DNA from: a virus
Lineage: Duplodnaviria; Caudoviricetes
IMG/VR virus record: IMGVR_UViG_3300033069_002007
Location: 20,908 to 84,907 of that record
Reading direction: 5' to 3' (one strand)
Length of the DNA stretch: 64,000 nucleotides
Part shown: positions 18,599 through 27,593 of the stretch, piece by piece
How positions within the stretch are numbered: position 1 is the stretch's first letter
Layout: each line of letters starts with the position of its first letter
Notes under the pieces: model-generated
Told to the model about the DNA's origin: nothing
Database searches by the model: none
Seen by the model: the letters and a program-made list of their open reading frames with translations, nothing else
Program-made: the position numbers and the translations under genes

Positions 18599-19429
18599 TT
18601 AATTTAACACGAATTCACCAACCGTAAGCTTCGTATTTATTAGATCCCAAAATCTTGTGTTAAAATTGATTTCTACATCAATATTTCTCAATTGTTTTGT
18701 TTTGATGATTCTAATACTACCATCTTTAGTTGTTTTAAAACCTTCACCTTCAAGTCCACCTTTAACTAAATTCTCTTGAATTCGATTGTAGACTTTCCAG
18801 AGGTCATTTCCAACATCCTCTTTTCTTCTAGGAGCTAGAATCTTTTCAACTAGAATTTTAGGAATATAATTACTCCATCTGATTTGACTAGCTAATTCAG
18901 CAAGATAAACTTGCTCATCTTGGGAAAGATTGACTGCTTTCAAAGCATCTACTCTATTTGCAACATTTGAAAAATTATCAACGAATTGATTTAACATCGG
19001 TTTGATATCTTTAATGTTTTTTATAGAGTGTTTGATATCGATTCTACCAAAGGATGAATCTCTAACAATTAATCCATTTAAACAAGCTAATCTCATAAAT
19101 CCGGTTTCAATCTGAAGTTTAGATGATCCATCATGTGAATTGACTAGATACAATTCAGGAACTAACTCACCAACAATAGCTGGTTTAGTCTGGTCTTTAA
19201 GTCTAAACTTTGCATAATGCTTTGAAAACGAATTTACTTTGGAAACATCTAATGTCCTCTTGTTATGACCTTTCTGACCATAAGAATATGGATCCCAACC
19301 TTCAGTATCTAGGAAATCCAGAATTTCTTTCGTGTTGAAATGACCATATTTCTTAGTGACTTTAGGTGATGGAACATTAGAAAAGAATGCAGGGGTGGTA
19401 GTAATATCTAGGGTTTCAAAATTTTTCAT
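18599..19429 (-). CDS. DUF932 family protein
   Basis: PELYLVNSHDGSS...RLACLNGLI, DLWKVYNRIQE signatures. Confidence 0.85.
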   Translation of the reverse strand: MKNFETLDITTTPAFFSNVPSPKVTKKYGHFNTKEILDFLDTEGWDPYSYGQKGHNKRTLDVSKVNSFSKHYAKFRLKDQTKPAIVGELVPELYLVNSHDGSSKLQIETGFMRLACLNGLIVRDSSFGRIDIKHSIKNIKDIKPMLNQFVDNFSNVANRVDALKAVNLSQDEQVYLAELASQIRWSNYIPKILVEKILAPRRKEDVGNDLWKVYNRIQENLVKGGLEGEGFKTTKDGSIRIIKTKQLRNIDVEINFNTRFWDLINTKLTVGEFVLN

Positions 19430-19491
19430 ACTTGTACCTCAAAACTATTTAATCTCATATTTAAATCATAAATAAGTTTTTTCAGTTTTAA

Positions 19492-20130
19492 TTAAAAAAG
19501 TGAATTTTCCTCGGAATTTGAATAAAATTTCCACTTAAATCCATAAGCGGTCTCTCTTTCTCCCTGACAACATTCGGAAATATCTGCTTTATGGCCTAGA
19601 ATCCCTAAATACTTCTTAGCTTCAGCAATACTGGAATAACTCTTGATTTCCTCATTTGTAATCGGATCAATCTGAATAACTCCTTTTTTTGAAAAATCAA
19701 ATGAGTCCTTCGATCTATTTGCTGCAATATATTGATTCCATTTATCTTTACTATCCTTCATTTTTAAAATGATTAAGTTGCCAAGTTTAAAAAACTCATC
19801 TAGATCAACTCTAGTTATAGTAGGATAATTATCAGCATGAAAATTTGATTCCATGAATTCATCCAATACTAGTTTCAGGGATTCTAGTAAATTTGTTTCA
19901 ATATATTCTTTTAATTCTTTTTTAGTAAAGTATAGTTTACTTTTTTTACTAATACATAATTCTTGAATATTAGAATACTGATCATGTATCCAAAAATCAA
20001 AGGATAATTTATCCAAATCATTTACAGTATTAGTTTTTTGTTTTCCTCTGAGTTGATTATTGGAAACTTGACTTGCTAAATACTTATTTGTTGAATGTTG
20101 AAATAGCGTCTCAATACTGTCTGTTACCAT
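19492..20130 (-). CDS. Protein with C-terminal NUMOD1 DNA-binding domain
   Basis: VIQID...YSSIAEAKKYLG...ISECCQG...TAYGFKWKF. Confidence 0.7.
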   Translation of the reverse strand: MVTDSIETLFQHSTNKYLASQVSNNQLRGKQKTNTVNDLDKLSFDFWIHDQYSNIQELCISKKSKLYFTKKELKEYIETNLLESLKLVLDEFMESNFHADNYPTITRVDLDEFFKLGNLIILKMKDSKDKWNQYIAANRSKDSFDFSKKGVIQIDPITNEEIKSYSSIAEAKKYLGILGHKADISECCQGERETAYGFKWKFYSNSEENSLF

Positions 20131-20570
20131 AAAACTGATCCTTCCATTTCTTTATTTTTATAAATTGTCCAATCCCAGGTTAACATCTTGATCCAACCGA
20201 TCATGTCCTGTCTAGGAAAAGGTGAATTCATTTTTAGTAATTCAGCTTCTCCTAGTTTTTCAAACTGTTGAATGATAGGAATCGGATCTAACTTCTTATC
20301 AAATAGGTTTAGTTCTAATCTGGTTCTAATATAATTGTCAGTTGTTATTTGTTTAACTAAACCTTGAGTCATTCCCAAGTCAGTTAAGATTTGATACATT
20401 TTAAAACCATCAACAATATTATTATTCTGATCTATGATTATTGGTCTCAACTGACCAAATTCAGTAATTGATCGTCTCAGACAAAAATCATCGCTTTGAC
20501 AATTATATCTTAGTTCAAAAACTAAGTCAGTCTTTAAAGTATTTAAGTCTTGTTTAATCATTCCATTCAA
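20124..20570 (-). CDS. ParB/Srx-like domain protein in DNA-modification cluster
   Basis: LRRSITEFGQLRPIIID...IVDG. Confidence 0.7.
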   Translation of the reverse strand: MNGMIKQDLNTLKTDLVFELRYNCQSDDFCLRRSITEFGQLRPIIIDQNNNIVDGFKMYQILTDLGMTQGLVKQITTDNYIRTRLELNLFDKKLDPIPIIQQFEKLGEAELLKMNSPFPRQDMIGWIKMLTWDWTIYKNKEMEGSVLW

Positions 20571-21426
20571 CCCCTCTGATCTTCCAAAGATCAGTTAATA
20601 TCTGTTCGTATTTCGTATAGAAGTCTATACTGTATATCAATCTATTATTGTAATTTAACTTTCCCTTTTCAGGGAAGTGATCATAGAAATCAGGAGGAAA
20701 TAGTTTAGTCTTGAATGAACTAAAGTCAATATCATATCCTTTATATTTCATCATGTCTTGAGCATATACCGAACCAGTCTTAGTTCCATTTAACCAAGAA
20801 GTTGAATCAACACTATACCAAGGATAAGTTTTCAAGACTTCATCTGCTGTTTGACCGAGACCATGAAACTTTCTTTTATATTTAGAATTGATTTTAAATA
20901 CGATATCTAGATACTCAAACATTTGTTTTCTAGAGATAGCATTTCCTGATGATGAACCACCTAGAAAAACATACTCATATTTTTCCAAATAGTCTTCCAA
21001 TATATCTAATCGATTCCATCTTCTTTGATATACAGGAACAGGAGTCAGACCTGCTTCCTCAAGAGCTTTTGTATTCTCATCAGTAACTCTAATTGAATAG
21101 TCAATGTATTCTTGTGATACTATTCCTTGCATCGGAATATCTAGAGTTACATATGCACAGAATTTACTACCATGCTTATGAAGGAAGTCAATATAATCTT
21201 GTAGCGAGAAATCAATTACCCCAGTACTTCTAGAGAAGGCTCCTGAATCTAACATGATTCTCTTTCCACCACAGTAGGTAAAAAGATCATCAACCATTTT
21301 ATCTACTCTATCTGGATTGGATTTACTTCTAACAAAGAAAGCAAACGTAACTAAATAGTTATTATGTTCTCTATTTGTAAAGTCAAGTATACCTTTACCT
21401 TCTATACCTGCTAAGTGTATATTCAT
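20554..21426 (-). CDS. dpdA: DpdA-type DNA guanine transglycosylase (TGT fold)
   Basis: LDSGAF, TLDIP, LGG, FHGLG, SVDSTSW map onto TGT catalytic motifs; linked to folE/queD/queE. Confidence 0.85.
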   Translation of the reverse strand: MNIHLAGIEGKGILDFTNREHNNYLVTFAFFVRSKSNPDRVDKMVDDLFTYCGGKRIMLDSGAFSRSTGVIDFSLQDYIDFLHKHGSKFCAYVTLDIPMQGIVSQEYIDYSIRVTDENTKALEEAGLTPVPVYQRRWNRLDILEDYLEKYEYVFLGGSSSGNAISRKQMFEYLDIVFKINSKYKRKFHGLGQTADEVLKTYPWYSVDSTSWLNGTKTGSVYAQDMMKYKGYDIDFSSFKTKLFPPDFYDHFPEKGKLNYNNRLIYSIDFYTKYEQILTDLWKIRGVEWND

Positions 21427-22604
21427 GTTCTTTCCATTATAGTTCGTATATAATCATAATCTGTCCAGATATTGAATTCTTTTTCTATATCATTATACAT
21501 AATATAACTTTCAAATTTTCTTCCCATATCTGAGACTTCTAAAATATTGTGATTATAGGCTGAACCTTGGTCATAACTAGTCATTTGATCTAACGCTTTA
21601 ACTGCAGTTTTCAATACAAATGGAACATACAACTCATGACTACCAACTCTAGACATACATTCAGGGAAACTTCTAAAGTTAGGGTATACTAAATTGCAAT
21701 TAAAATTTGCTGCTTCTAGAAGAGTCCAAGATACATAATCTTGAAGAGAACAATTAAATTGTATATTTGACTCACGTAAGATGCTGTAATATTCTTCTTT
21801 GGATAAATCATTAGCTAAAATAAATCTTGGTTGTCTCTTAGCTAAGGCATATAACTCATAAATAATTCTAAGATCATCTGACCTAAACTTAGAACTTGAA
21901 GTAGTACAAATCCAAGTATAACTTGGTTGCCATTTTAAAAATTCTTCTGCAACTTTAATCATAAATGACGGATTCTTTTCAGTATTCATTCTTGATGAAA
22001 ATACTACTTGTTTTTTCTTTACTATTTTACCCTCAGGTTTTACATCCTCTTTATCTATCGGTAAAGACATAACATGAATAGGAGCTTTGAATCCTGCTGC
22101 TCGTAGTTGATCTCTATGAATAGTTGAACCAACAAATATACCAGAATGAACTTTATCTATTCCTAATTCAAAGTCTCGCATCCATGATTTCATAGAGTAA
22201 GTGAAATCATACTCATCTACTGATTGTGCATGAAGCATACTATAAGTCTTTACTTTGATACCATAGAGATTCAAAGCATAATAGATAGCTTCTATACCAG
22301 GAGTCCAGAAGTCCTGAAAAAAGAGGATATCATTCTCTCGAACTAATCCTTTCTCCAAGAAATTCTCCAAGAAGTTTTGTATCTGAGAGAATGAATATAC
22401 TGAACGACCAACTGAATCTAAAACGTGACCTACGTTGATATCCTTCTCTTGAAGTTCTTTTCCCTTAATAGTTTCAACTTTCCAAGGGAATTGTTTGAAT
22501 GAGTTAGGCATCCAGATTTCACAAAGTTGTTGGGTATATCTTGATTTAACTGATTCTAAAGGAAAGTAAAATAATGTTCTACTCATCTTGATACTCCACC
22601 ACAA
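21423..22604 (-). CDS. GT-B (GT4-like) glycosyltransferase in 7-deazaguanine cluster
   Basis: FSSRMNTEKNP, SLQDYVSWTLLEAA, LVYPNFRSFPE donor-binding motifs. Confidence 0.75.
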   Translation of the reverse strand: MWWSIKMSRTLFYFPLESVKSRYTQQLCEIWMPNSFKQFPWKVETIKGKELQEKDINVGHVLDSVGRSVYSFSQIQNFLENFLEKGLVRENDILFFQDFWTPGIEAIYYALNLYGIKVKTYSMLHAQSVDEYDFTYSMKSWMRDFELGIDKVHSGIFVGSTIHRDQLRAAGFKAPIHVMSLPIDKEDVKPEGKIVKKKQVVFSSRMNTEKNPSFMIKVAEEFLKWQPSYTWICTTSSSKFRSDDLRIIYELYALAKRQPRFILANDLSKEEYYSILRESNIQFNCSLQDYVSWTLLEAANFNCNLVYPNFRSFPECMSRVGSHELYVPFVLKTAVKALDQMTSYDQGSAYNHNILEVSDMGRKFESYIMYNDIEKEFNIWTDYDYIRTIMERT

Positions 22605-22921
22605 TTTTCCATATCTTCCCAGACTTCACATTCGAGTAGATCAAACTTATTCAAAAGAGTTTCTGCTAACATTTCACAAGAAGTTGATCCTAGTTGTAAA
22701 GCATGATTACTCATTGTATAAGTATAATTTATAAAGTGTTTAATATCATGACCTAACTTTATGAACTCAACATCTCGATCTAGATGTTTGACTTCTTTCT
22801 TTGCTATGATTGTAAATATATGACGATGTGGATATTTTAAATAAGCTACTTCTTCTAAATGACAACTTGCCCAATTATGAATACCTTCAAATGAAACTTT
22901 TGCTTTTATGAACTTTTGCAT
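22583..22921 (-). CDS. dpdL: QueD-paralog T-fold protein, DpdL-like (putative CDG decarboxylase)
   Basis: LKYPHRHIF fits the LxxxHRHxF signature as recalled; SCEMLA and EVWEDMEN T-fold motifs; a canonical QueD is encoded separately. Confidence 0.65.
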   Translation of the reverse strand: MQKFIKAKVSFEGIHNWASCHLEEVAYLKYPHRHIFTIIAKKEVKHLDRDVEFIKLGHDIKHFINYTYTMSNHALQLGSTSCEMLAETLLNKFDLLECEVWEDMENCGGVSR

Positions 22922-22941
22922 CTTATAACTCCTAGTTAAAA

Positions 22942-22965
22942 ACCAGGGTTACGGATAACCCTGGT
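22942..22965 (-). terminator. Intrinsic terminator
   Basis: ACCAGGGTTA-TCCG-TAACCCTGGT followed by T run on minus strand. Confidence 0.75.
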
Positions 22966-22976
22966 AAAATTAAATT

Positions 22977-23195
22977 CTAAACTGAATAGAAAACCATTTT
23001 TCCTTTAGTCGATTTGTCTCGACGACAAAGACCTTTCTTTTCAAGGTTTCTAAGATTTGTTTTTGCCTTAGAAATTTCAACGCCTGACTCTTGAACTAGA
23101 ACGTCAATAGTCTTTCCTTCAGATGATAGAAGACCTTTAAGCTTTTCAGCAGTCTCACTCAATTTTTTTTCTTTTGCTTTAGTTTCTGTTTCCAT
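22977..23195 (-). CDS. Small winged-helix DNA-binding protein
   Basis: TIDVLVQESGVEISKAKTNLRNLEKKGLCRR pattern; own promoter motif and terminator. Confidence 0.6.
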   Translation of the reverse strand: METETKAKEKKLSETAEKLKGLLSSEGKTIDVLVQESGVEISKAKTNLRNLEKKGLCRRDKSTKGKMVFYSV

Positions 23196-23266
23196 CAGAA
23201 CACTCCTTTAAGACTTTATTACGTATATCATAAATAGGAAAAGTTAAAAGTTTATAGTTTAAGTAA

Positions 23267-23848
23267 CTATTTTAATTTTTCAACAAAAAAGTAAAATTCT
23301 TCACGAGCCTCAGGACGATCTTTAAATGCTCCTGATAGTTTTGAAGTCTTCATAGTTGAATCATGTTTGACTCCTCGAACACATGCACACATATGATTTG
23401 CTTCCAGAAGTACTGCTACTCCTAAATTCTCTTCACAGATTCTATTTATGTAATCATGTATCTGCATAGTAAGATTTTCTTGTACCTGAGGTCTACGAGC
23501 AAACCATTCAACGATACGATTCAGTTTTGATAACCCTATGACTTTTCCTTCAGGACTAGGAATATATGCTACATGTGCTTTACCAATGAATGGAAGAACA
23601 TGATGACTACACATACTATTGAGTACAATATTACCTTGAAATACAATACCATCATATTTGTCTATGTTTGGAAATGCTTGAGCATTTGGTTCTTTCTCAT
23701 AACAACCTTGAAATAAATCCTCTACAAATGCTTTTGATACTCTCTTAGGAGTATCTTTCATGTGAGGATTTGTTTTCCAATCATCGAACCCTAGTGCTTC
23801 TAGGAACTGACCGTAGGCTTCTTGTGCTTTTTCTAAATTGTAATTCAT
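23267..23848 (-). CDS. folE: GTP cyclohydrolase I
   Basis: [37 protein letters not shown]. Confidence 0.97.
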   Translation of the reverse strand: MNYNLEKAQEAYGQFLEALGFDDWKTNPHMKDTPKRVSKAFVEDLFQGCYEKEPNAQAFPNIDKYDGIVFQGNIVLNSMCSHHVLPFIGKAHVAYIPSPEGKVIGLSKLNRIVEWFARRPQVQENLTMQIHDYINRICEENLGVAVLLEANHMCACVRGVKHDSTMKTSKLSGAFKDRPEAREEFYFFVEKLK

Positions 23849-23881
23849 TTAAGTTATATTACCCTTATTGTATATGTATTA

Positions 23882-24598
23882 TTATACTAATCGTTTTGAG
23901 TCATAAATAAAAATATGAAGTCTAGGACTAAATTGCCAACTCATTTCAAATGCTTTGTCCACTACAAAGGCTGACTCCTTAATCATTTCCTCTCTAGTTG
24001 TCCCAAGAGGCATTAGATATATTTTGTGATCAGGAATATCATAATTCTCTACGAATTGTAAAATGGATTCTTTATCCTTTTCCCAAGTAGCTTCTGAAGT
24101 TACGACTTTAAGATTATACCAAGCTGGTAATTTTTCAAAAAGTTTCCAATCTTTAACCCTTGCTCCTGATTCAAGTGATCCAATTTTTGGACTCAAATCG
24201 AAGTGAACATTTTCATTACTTATTACTTCTTCAGGCCAAGATACTGATCCTGTTGTTTCAATATCAAAATAAATTTGTTCCGGAGAGTTTGTTTGTAAAG
24301 ATTTTATGAGTTGAGAAATCTGTTCCCGATAAATTTGTGGTTCGCCACCAGTAATCAAAACAGTATCTATATCATTTGCTAATAAATTAAGATACAAATC
24401 ATTATGTAAATCTATTATCGATACTTCTTGTCTATAGGATGAAAGTCTTGTTTTATCCCAAGTATGATAACTATCACATTGAGGGCATTGAATAGGACAA
24501 CCGTGAACTCTAAGGAGAACCATTTTTCTCCCTATGAGTTCACCTTCACCTTGTACAACTAGATGTAACGGTTCGGACAATATAATTTTTTTATTCAC
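23882..24598 (-). CDS. queE: 7-carboxy-7-deazaguanine synthase (radical SAM)
   Basis: VQGEG, GCPIQCPQCDS (CxxxCxxC), ITGGEP, ETTG, LSPK, SPRLH. Confidence 0.92.
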   Translation of the reverse strand: MNKKIILSEPLHLVVQGEGELIGRKMVLLRVHGCPIQCPQCDSYHTWDKTRLSSYRQEVSIIDLHNDLYLNLLANDIDTVLITGGEPQIYREQISQLIKSLQTNSPEQIYFDIETTGSVSWPEEVISNENVHFDLSPKIGSLESGARVKDWKLFEKLPAWYNLKVVTSEATWEKDKESILQFVENYDIPDHKIYLMPLGTTREEMIKESAFVVDKAFEMSWQFSPRLHIFIYDSKRLV

Positions 24599-25026
24599 TA
24601 GTATTTCTCCCAGAAAAAGTCAATCCAAGTGTTGTGAGGTAGTTCTTTGTATGATATTATTTTTTTCTCAGAAGTTATATTAGGATTATTGAATAACATA
24701 CAGTAGTCAATATTCTTTTTACCTTCAAAGTATGAAATAGTCTTACCGGAATCAATCAAATCGTCAACTAGTAAGTAATTCTTGTAACCTTCAAATCTAG
24801 GTATTATTATGTTTCCGCCTTGTAAGTTTGAAGTATCTCTAAATGATACATGACATACCATATAAGGAATATTTAAATCCCTAGAAAGGGCATCAGTGAG
24901 ATAAAATCCGCCTCTGAGATTACCAACTAAATAATCATACTTTGTTTTCGACTCATAAATTTTCTTTTTTAAAATATTTTTAGCTTCTACAAATTCATCC
25001 GAAGTGAACAGGTATCTTTCTTTCAT
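24598..25026 (-). CDS. Type I phosphoribosyltransferase (purine PRT-like)
   Basis: LRGG, LLVDDLIDSGKT PRPP-binding loop, WIDFFWE. Confidence 0.85.
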   Translation of the reverse strand: MKERYLFTSDEFVEAKNILKKKIYESKTKYDYLVGNLRGGFYLTDALSRDLNIPYMVCHVSFRDTSNLQGGNIIIPRFEGYKNYLLVDDLIDSGKTISYFEGKKNIDYCMLFNNPNITSEKKIISYKELPHNTWIDFFWEKY

Positions 25027-25502
25027 TTAAATAAATCCTCATTATCCTCTCTATGCCCAGTTCTACCAGCCATATTGTTATCAGTTTCTCTGACTTCGAC
25101 TTTACAACACCAAACTCTTTCTGCTTCCTGTTGACCGTATTCAGGAAGTAAAATACCATTGATGTATTTATATAGAAAATCAGCTATACCTTCACAACCA
25201 GTTTTAGGAACTCTGGTTATATTAGCAAGACCTAACGATTCTAATTTATACAATTCTTCTCTCTGAGGATCATCATCAGCTACCAAGAGTTTATGGTCAA
25301 ACCATTCTTCAAGTTTAGCTTTTAAAGGACGTAGACCACCAAAATCCTGACACCAGTTACGAGCATCTAAGGTGTCACATTCAAATTCTAGATGAAAAGT
25401 TAGAGCATAACCATGAATTTTATTACAATGAGAATCAGCCTTCCATTGCCGATATGCTACAGGAGCTATTTGTTTATACGTTTTTGTTGAAAAATATTTC
25501 AT
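25023..25502 (-). CDS. queD: 6-carboxy-5,6,7,8-tetrahydropterin synthase
   Basis: CNKIHGY, DFGGL, FDHK, GCE, VEVRET. Confidence 0.92.
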   Translation of the reverse strand: MKYFSTKTYKQIAPVAYRQWKADSHCNKIHGYALTFHLEFECDTLDARNWCQDFGGLRPLKAKLEEWFDHKLLVADDDPQREELYKLESLGLANITRVPKTGCEGIADFLYKYINGILLPEYGQQEAERVWCCKVEVRETDNNMAGRTGHREDNEDLFK

Positions 25503-25522
25503 TTAACCTTTCCCATAAATTT

Positions 25523-25960
25523 TTAAATTGGTTCTAAAACATCAATTCCAGGAGTTATCCAATACTTTTTAGAGTGAGTGTATTGATCTCTTATTTGTAC
25601 TTCATTCTTTTTAACAGCAATGACTTCAATTAGAGCTCCTTTCTTTAAATCCTGAACCTCATTAACTAGATAGAATCGATCATGGACTTCAAATACTTCA
25701 TCACCTAGAGTAAAAGTAGAGGAATCTTTTACTTTCTCTACTCCATCCTCATCCTTAAATGTAGTAGACTCGACTTTTCTTCTTCCTTTTTGTTTTCTAG
25801 GAATTTCGAACTTATCAAGTTTAGCTGAAATGAGATTAGATTGACACTTAAAAATCAAAGCAATAGGAACAACTCCTAAATCTTCAGTATGATATTTTTG
25901 TATCAACCAATCTTTAGTTATTTCATCTACTGTTTTAGGTTCTATTATTTCAGTTTCCAT
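25523..25960 (-). CDS. Hypothetical protein
   Basis: 145 aa ORF with SD and TATTTATTAT motif. Confidence 0.6.
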   Translation of the reverse strand: METEIIEPKTVDEITKDWLIQKYHTEDLGVVPIALIFKCQSNLISAKLDKFEIPRKQKGRRKVESTTFKDEDGVEKVKDSSTFTLGDEVFEVHDRFYLVNEVQDLKKGALIEVIAVKKNEVQIRDQYTHSKKYWITPGIDVLEPI

Positions 25961-26005
25961 ATTTGTATCTCCTATCTATTATGAATAATAAATAGGAAAT
26001 CCTTG

Positions 26006-26206
26006 TTATTTTAAGAAAATGTAACTTAAATTAGCTAGACCGAAACCAATTAAAACCGAAATCCTAGTAATTGTTGCATCTGACTTTTCATCAAAAGTCA
26101 TAAATACTTTATATTCAATCCCTCCTTGCACTACAAGTGCAAGGGAAATTAGAGTCATTACATAACTTAAAATTGGTTTTAAATACTGTACGATTACATC
26201 AATCAT
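26006..26206 (-). CDS. Small two-TM membrane protein
   Basis: Two hydrophobic segments; coupled to recA. Confidence 0.55.
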   Translation of the reverse strand: MIDVIVQYLKPILSYVMTLISLALVVQGGIEYKVFMTFDEKSDATITRISVLIGFGLANLSYIFLK

Positions 26207-27381
26207 TCTGCTGCCTCTTGTAGTATTGGTTCAGAAGGAAGTTCTTTTTGTTCCTTAGCTGATTCAACTGCAGTTGCTGATGCACTATCAGTTATATCTT
26301 TAGGGGTTCTTTTTTTCGGTTCCTCATCAGTTAAATTAACTTCAACATCAGATAATCCTTCAGAACTAACTTTCTCCAATACTTGTTGTCTTAATACTGT
26401 TATTAGTTCGGGATTAGATTTCAGATATGCTTTTATACCAAGTAAACCTTGGAACTTTTCTTCTTTATAAGTATACCATGCTCCACCTTTTTTAATGAAA
26501 CCATACTTAACTGCCTCCTCAATAACTGATCCTTCATAATCATATCCTTCTTTGAAGATAAGATCGAAGTAACATTCAGTAAATGGGGATGCTACTTTAT
26601 TTTTAACAATTTTAACTCTTGTTTTAACTCCATAAGCTTCTTCACCTTTTTTCAGAGTTTCTTTTCTTGCGATATCAAATCGAACTGAAGCATAGAACTT
26701 CAAAGCATTACCACCAGTAGTGGTTGTAGGAGAACCATATCCTCCGATTTTATCTCTGGTTTGGTTTAAGAAGATAACTATAGCTCCTGATTTAGAAATA
26801 GAACCAGTTAACTTCCTCATTGCTTGAGACATCAATCTGGCTTGTAATCCCATTGAAGATTCACCCATATCTTTTTCTAGTTCAGCTTTAGGAACTAGAG
26901 CAGCTACTGAGTCAACTACAATAATACCGACTTGATTTGTAACAACTAAATCGTCAACGATTTCAAGTGCTTCTTCACCAGAAGAGGGTTGAGCAAATAA
27001 TAATTCATCAATATTAACTCCATTGAATTTAGCCCACTTCCTATCGAAAGCATGCTCAACATCAATGAATGCTGCTAGACCACCTCTTCTCTGGGTTTGC
27101 TTAATGAAGTTAAGGGATAATGTTGTTTTACCTGCTGAATTGTCTCCGTAGAACTCAATGATTCTTCCTTTAGGAAGACCACCAATTCCAAGAGCTAAAT
27201 CAAGTGATAGAATCTCTGAAGGAATATTAGGTATATTTAAGTTAACCTTACTATCCAAGATAGTCATTGATTCCTTACCATGATTCTTTTGAATCAAAGA
27301 AGAAATTGATTGTAGAGCGTTCTTTCTTTCTTGCTCGTTTTTAAACTGATATTCGTTTGCTAATTGGGTTAGAGTTGTCAT
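26203..27381 (-). CDS. recA: RecA recombinase with acidic C-terminal extension
   Basis: GGLPKGRIIEFYG, SAGKTT, VDSVAALVP, GGNALKFYASVR, KNKVASPF. Confidence 0.97.
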   Translation of the reverse strand: MTTLTQLANEYQFKNEQERKNALQSISSLIQKNHGKESMTILDSKVNLNIPNIPSEILSLDLALGIGGLPKGRIIEFYGDNSAGKTTLSLNFIKQTQRRGGLAAFIDVEHAFDRKWAKFNGVNIDELLFAQPSSGEEALEIVDDLVVTNQVGIIVVDSVAALVPKAELEKDMGESSMGLQARLMSQAMRKLTGSISKSGAIVIFLNQTRDKIGGYGSPTTTTGGNALKFYASVRFDIARKETLKKGEEAYGVKTRVKIVKNKVASPFTECYFDLIFKEGYDYEGSVIEEAVKYGFIKKGGAWYTYKEEKFQGLLGIKAYLKSNPELITVLRQQVLEKVSSEGLSDVEVNLTDEEPKKRTPKDITDSASATAVESAKEQKELPSEPILQEAAE

Positions 27382-27557
27382 ATTTTATTTTCCTGTCTTT
27401 TTATTAATTCTTTTATAATTTCGTAGGAACAATCATTTAAAGTATTTGCATTTTTTAAACTAAATGATGATAGGTTCACCAATTCAAAATTATCTTTTAG
27501 TTGTAAAAGTAATTCGTGAGTTGATAAGTATGGAACTTGAAGTTGATTATTTAACAT
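27378..27557 (-). CDS. Small hypothetical protein (~59 aa, MLNNQLQVPY...)
   Basis: Manually translated; follows TATTTATTAT motif; ATGA overlap with recA. Confidence 0.55.
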   Translation of the reverse strand: MLNNQLQVPYLSTHELLLQLKDNFELVNLSSFSLKNANTLNDCSYEIIKELIKRQENKI

Positions 27558-27593
27558 ATTGACTCACTGTAGAGATTATATAATAAATAGTTT

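Noticed and set aside
23884-23891. Plus-strand ATACTAAT at the 3' end of queE
   Set aside because: Antisense with no downstream plus-strand ORF; expected by chance in AT-rich DNA, though antisense regulation is not excluded
19492-25502. tRNA queuosine biosynthesis (AMG) interpretation of folE/queD/queE
   Set aside because: No queC, queF, queA or canonical Zn-binding tgt; the transglycosylase is DpdA-like and flanked by ParB and GT genes typical of DNA modification
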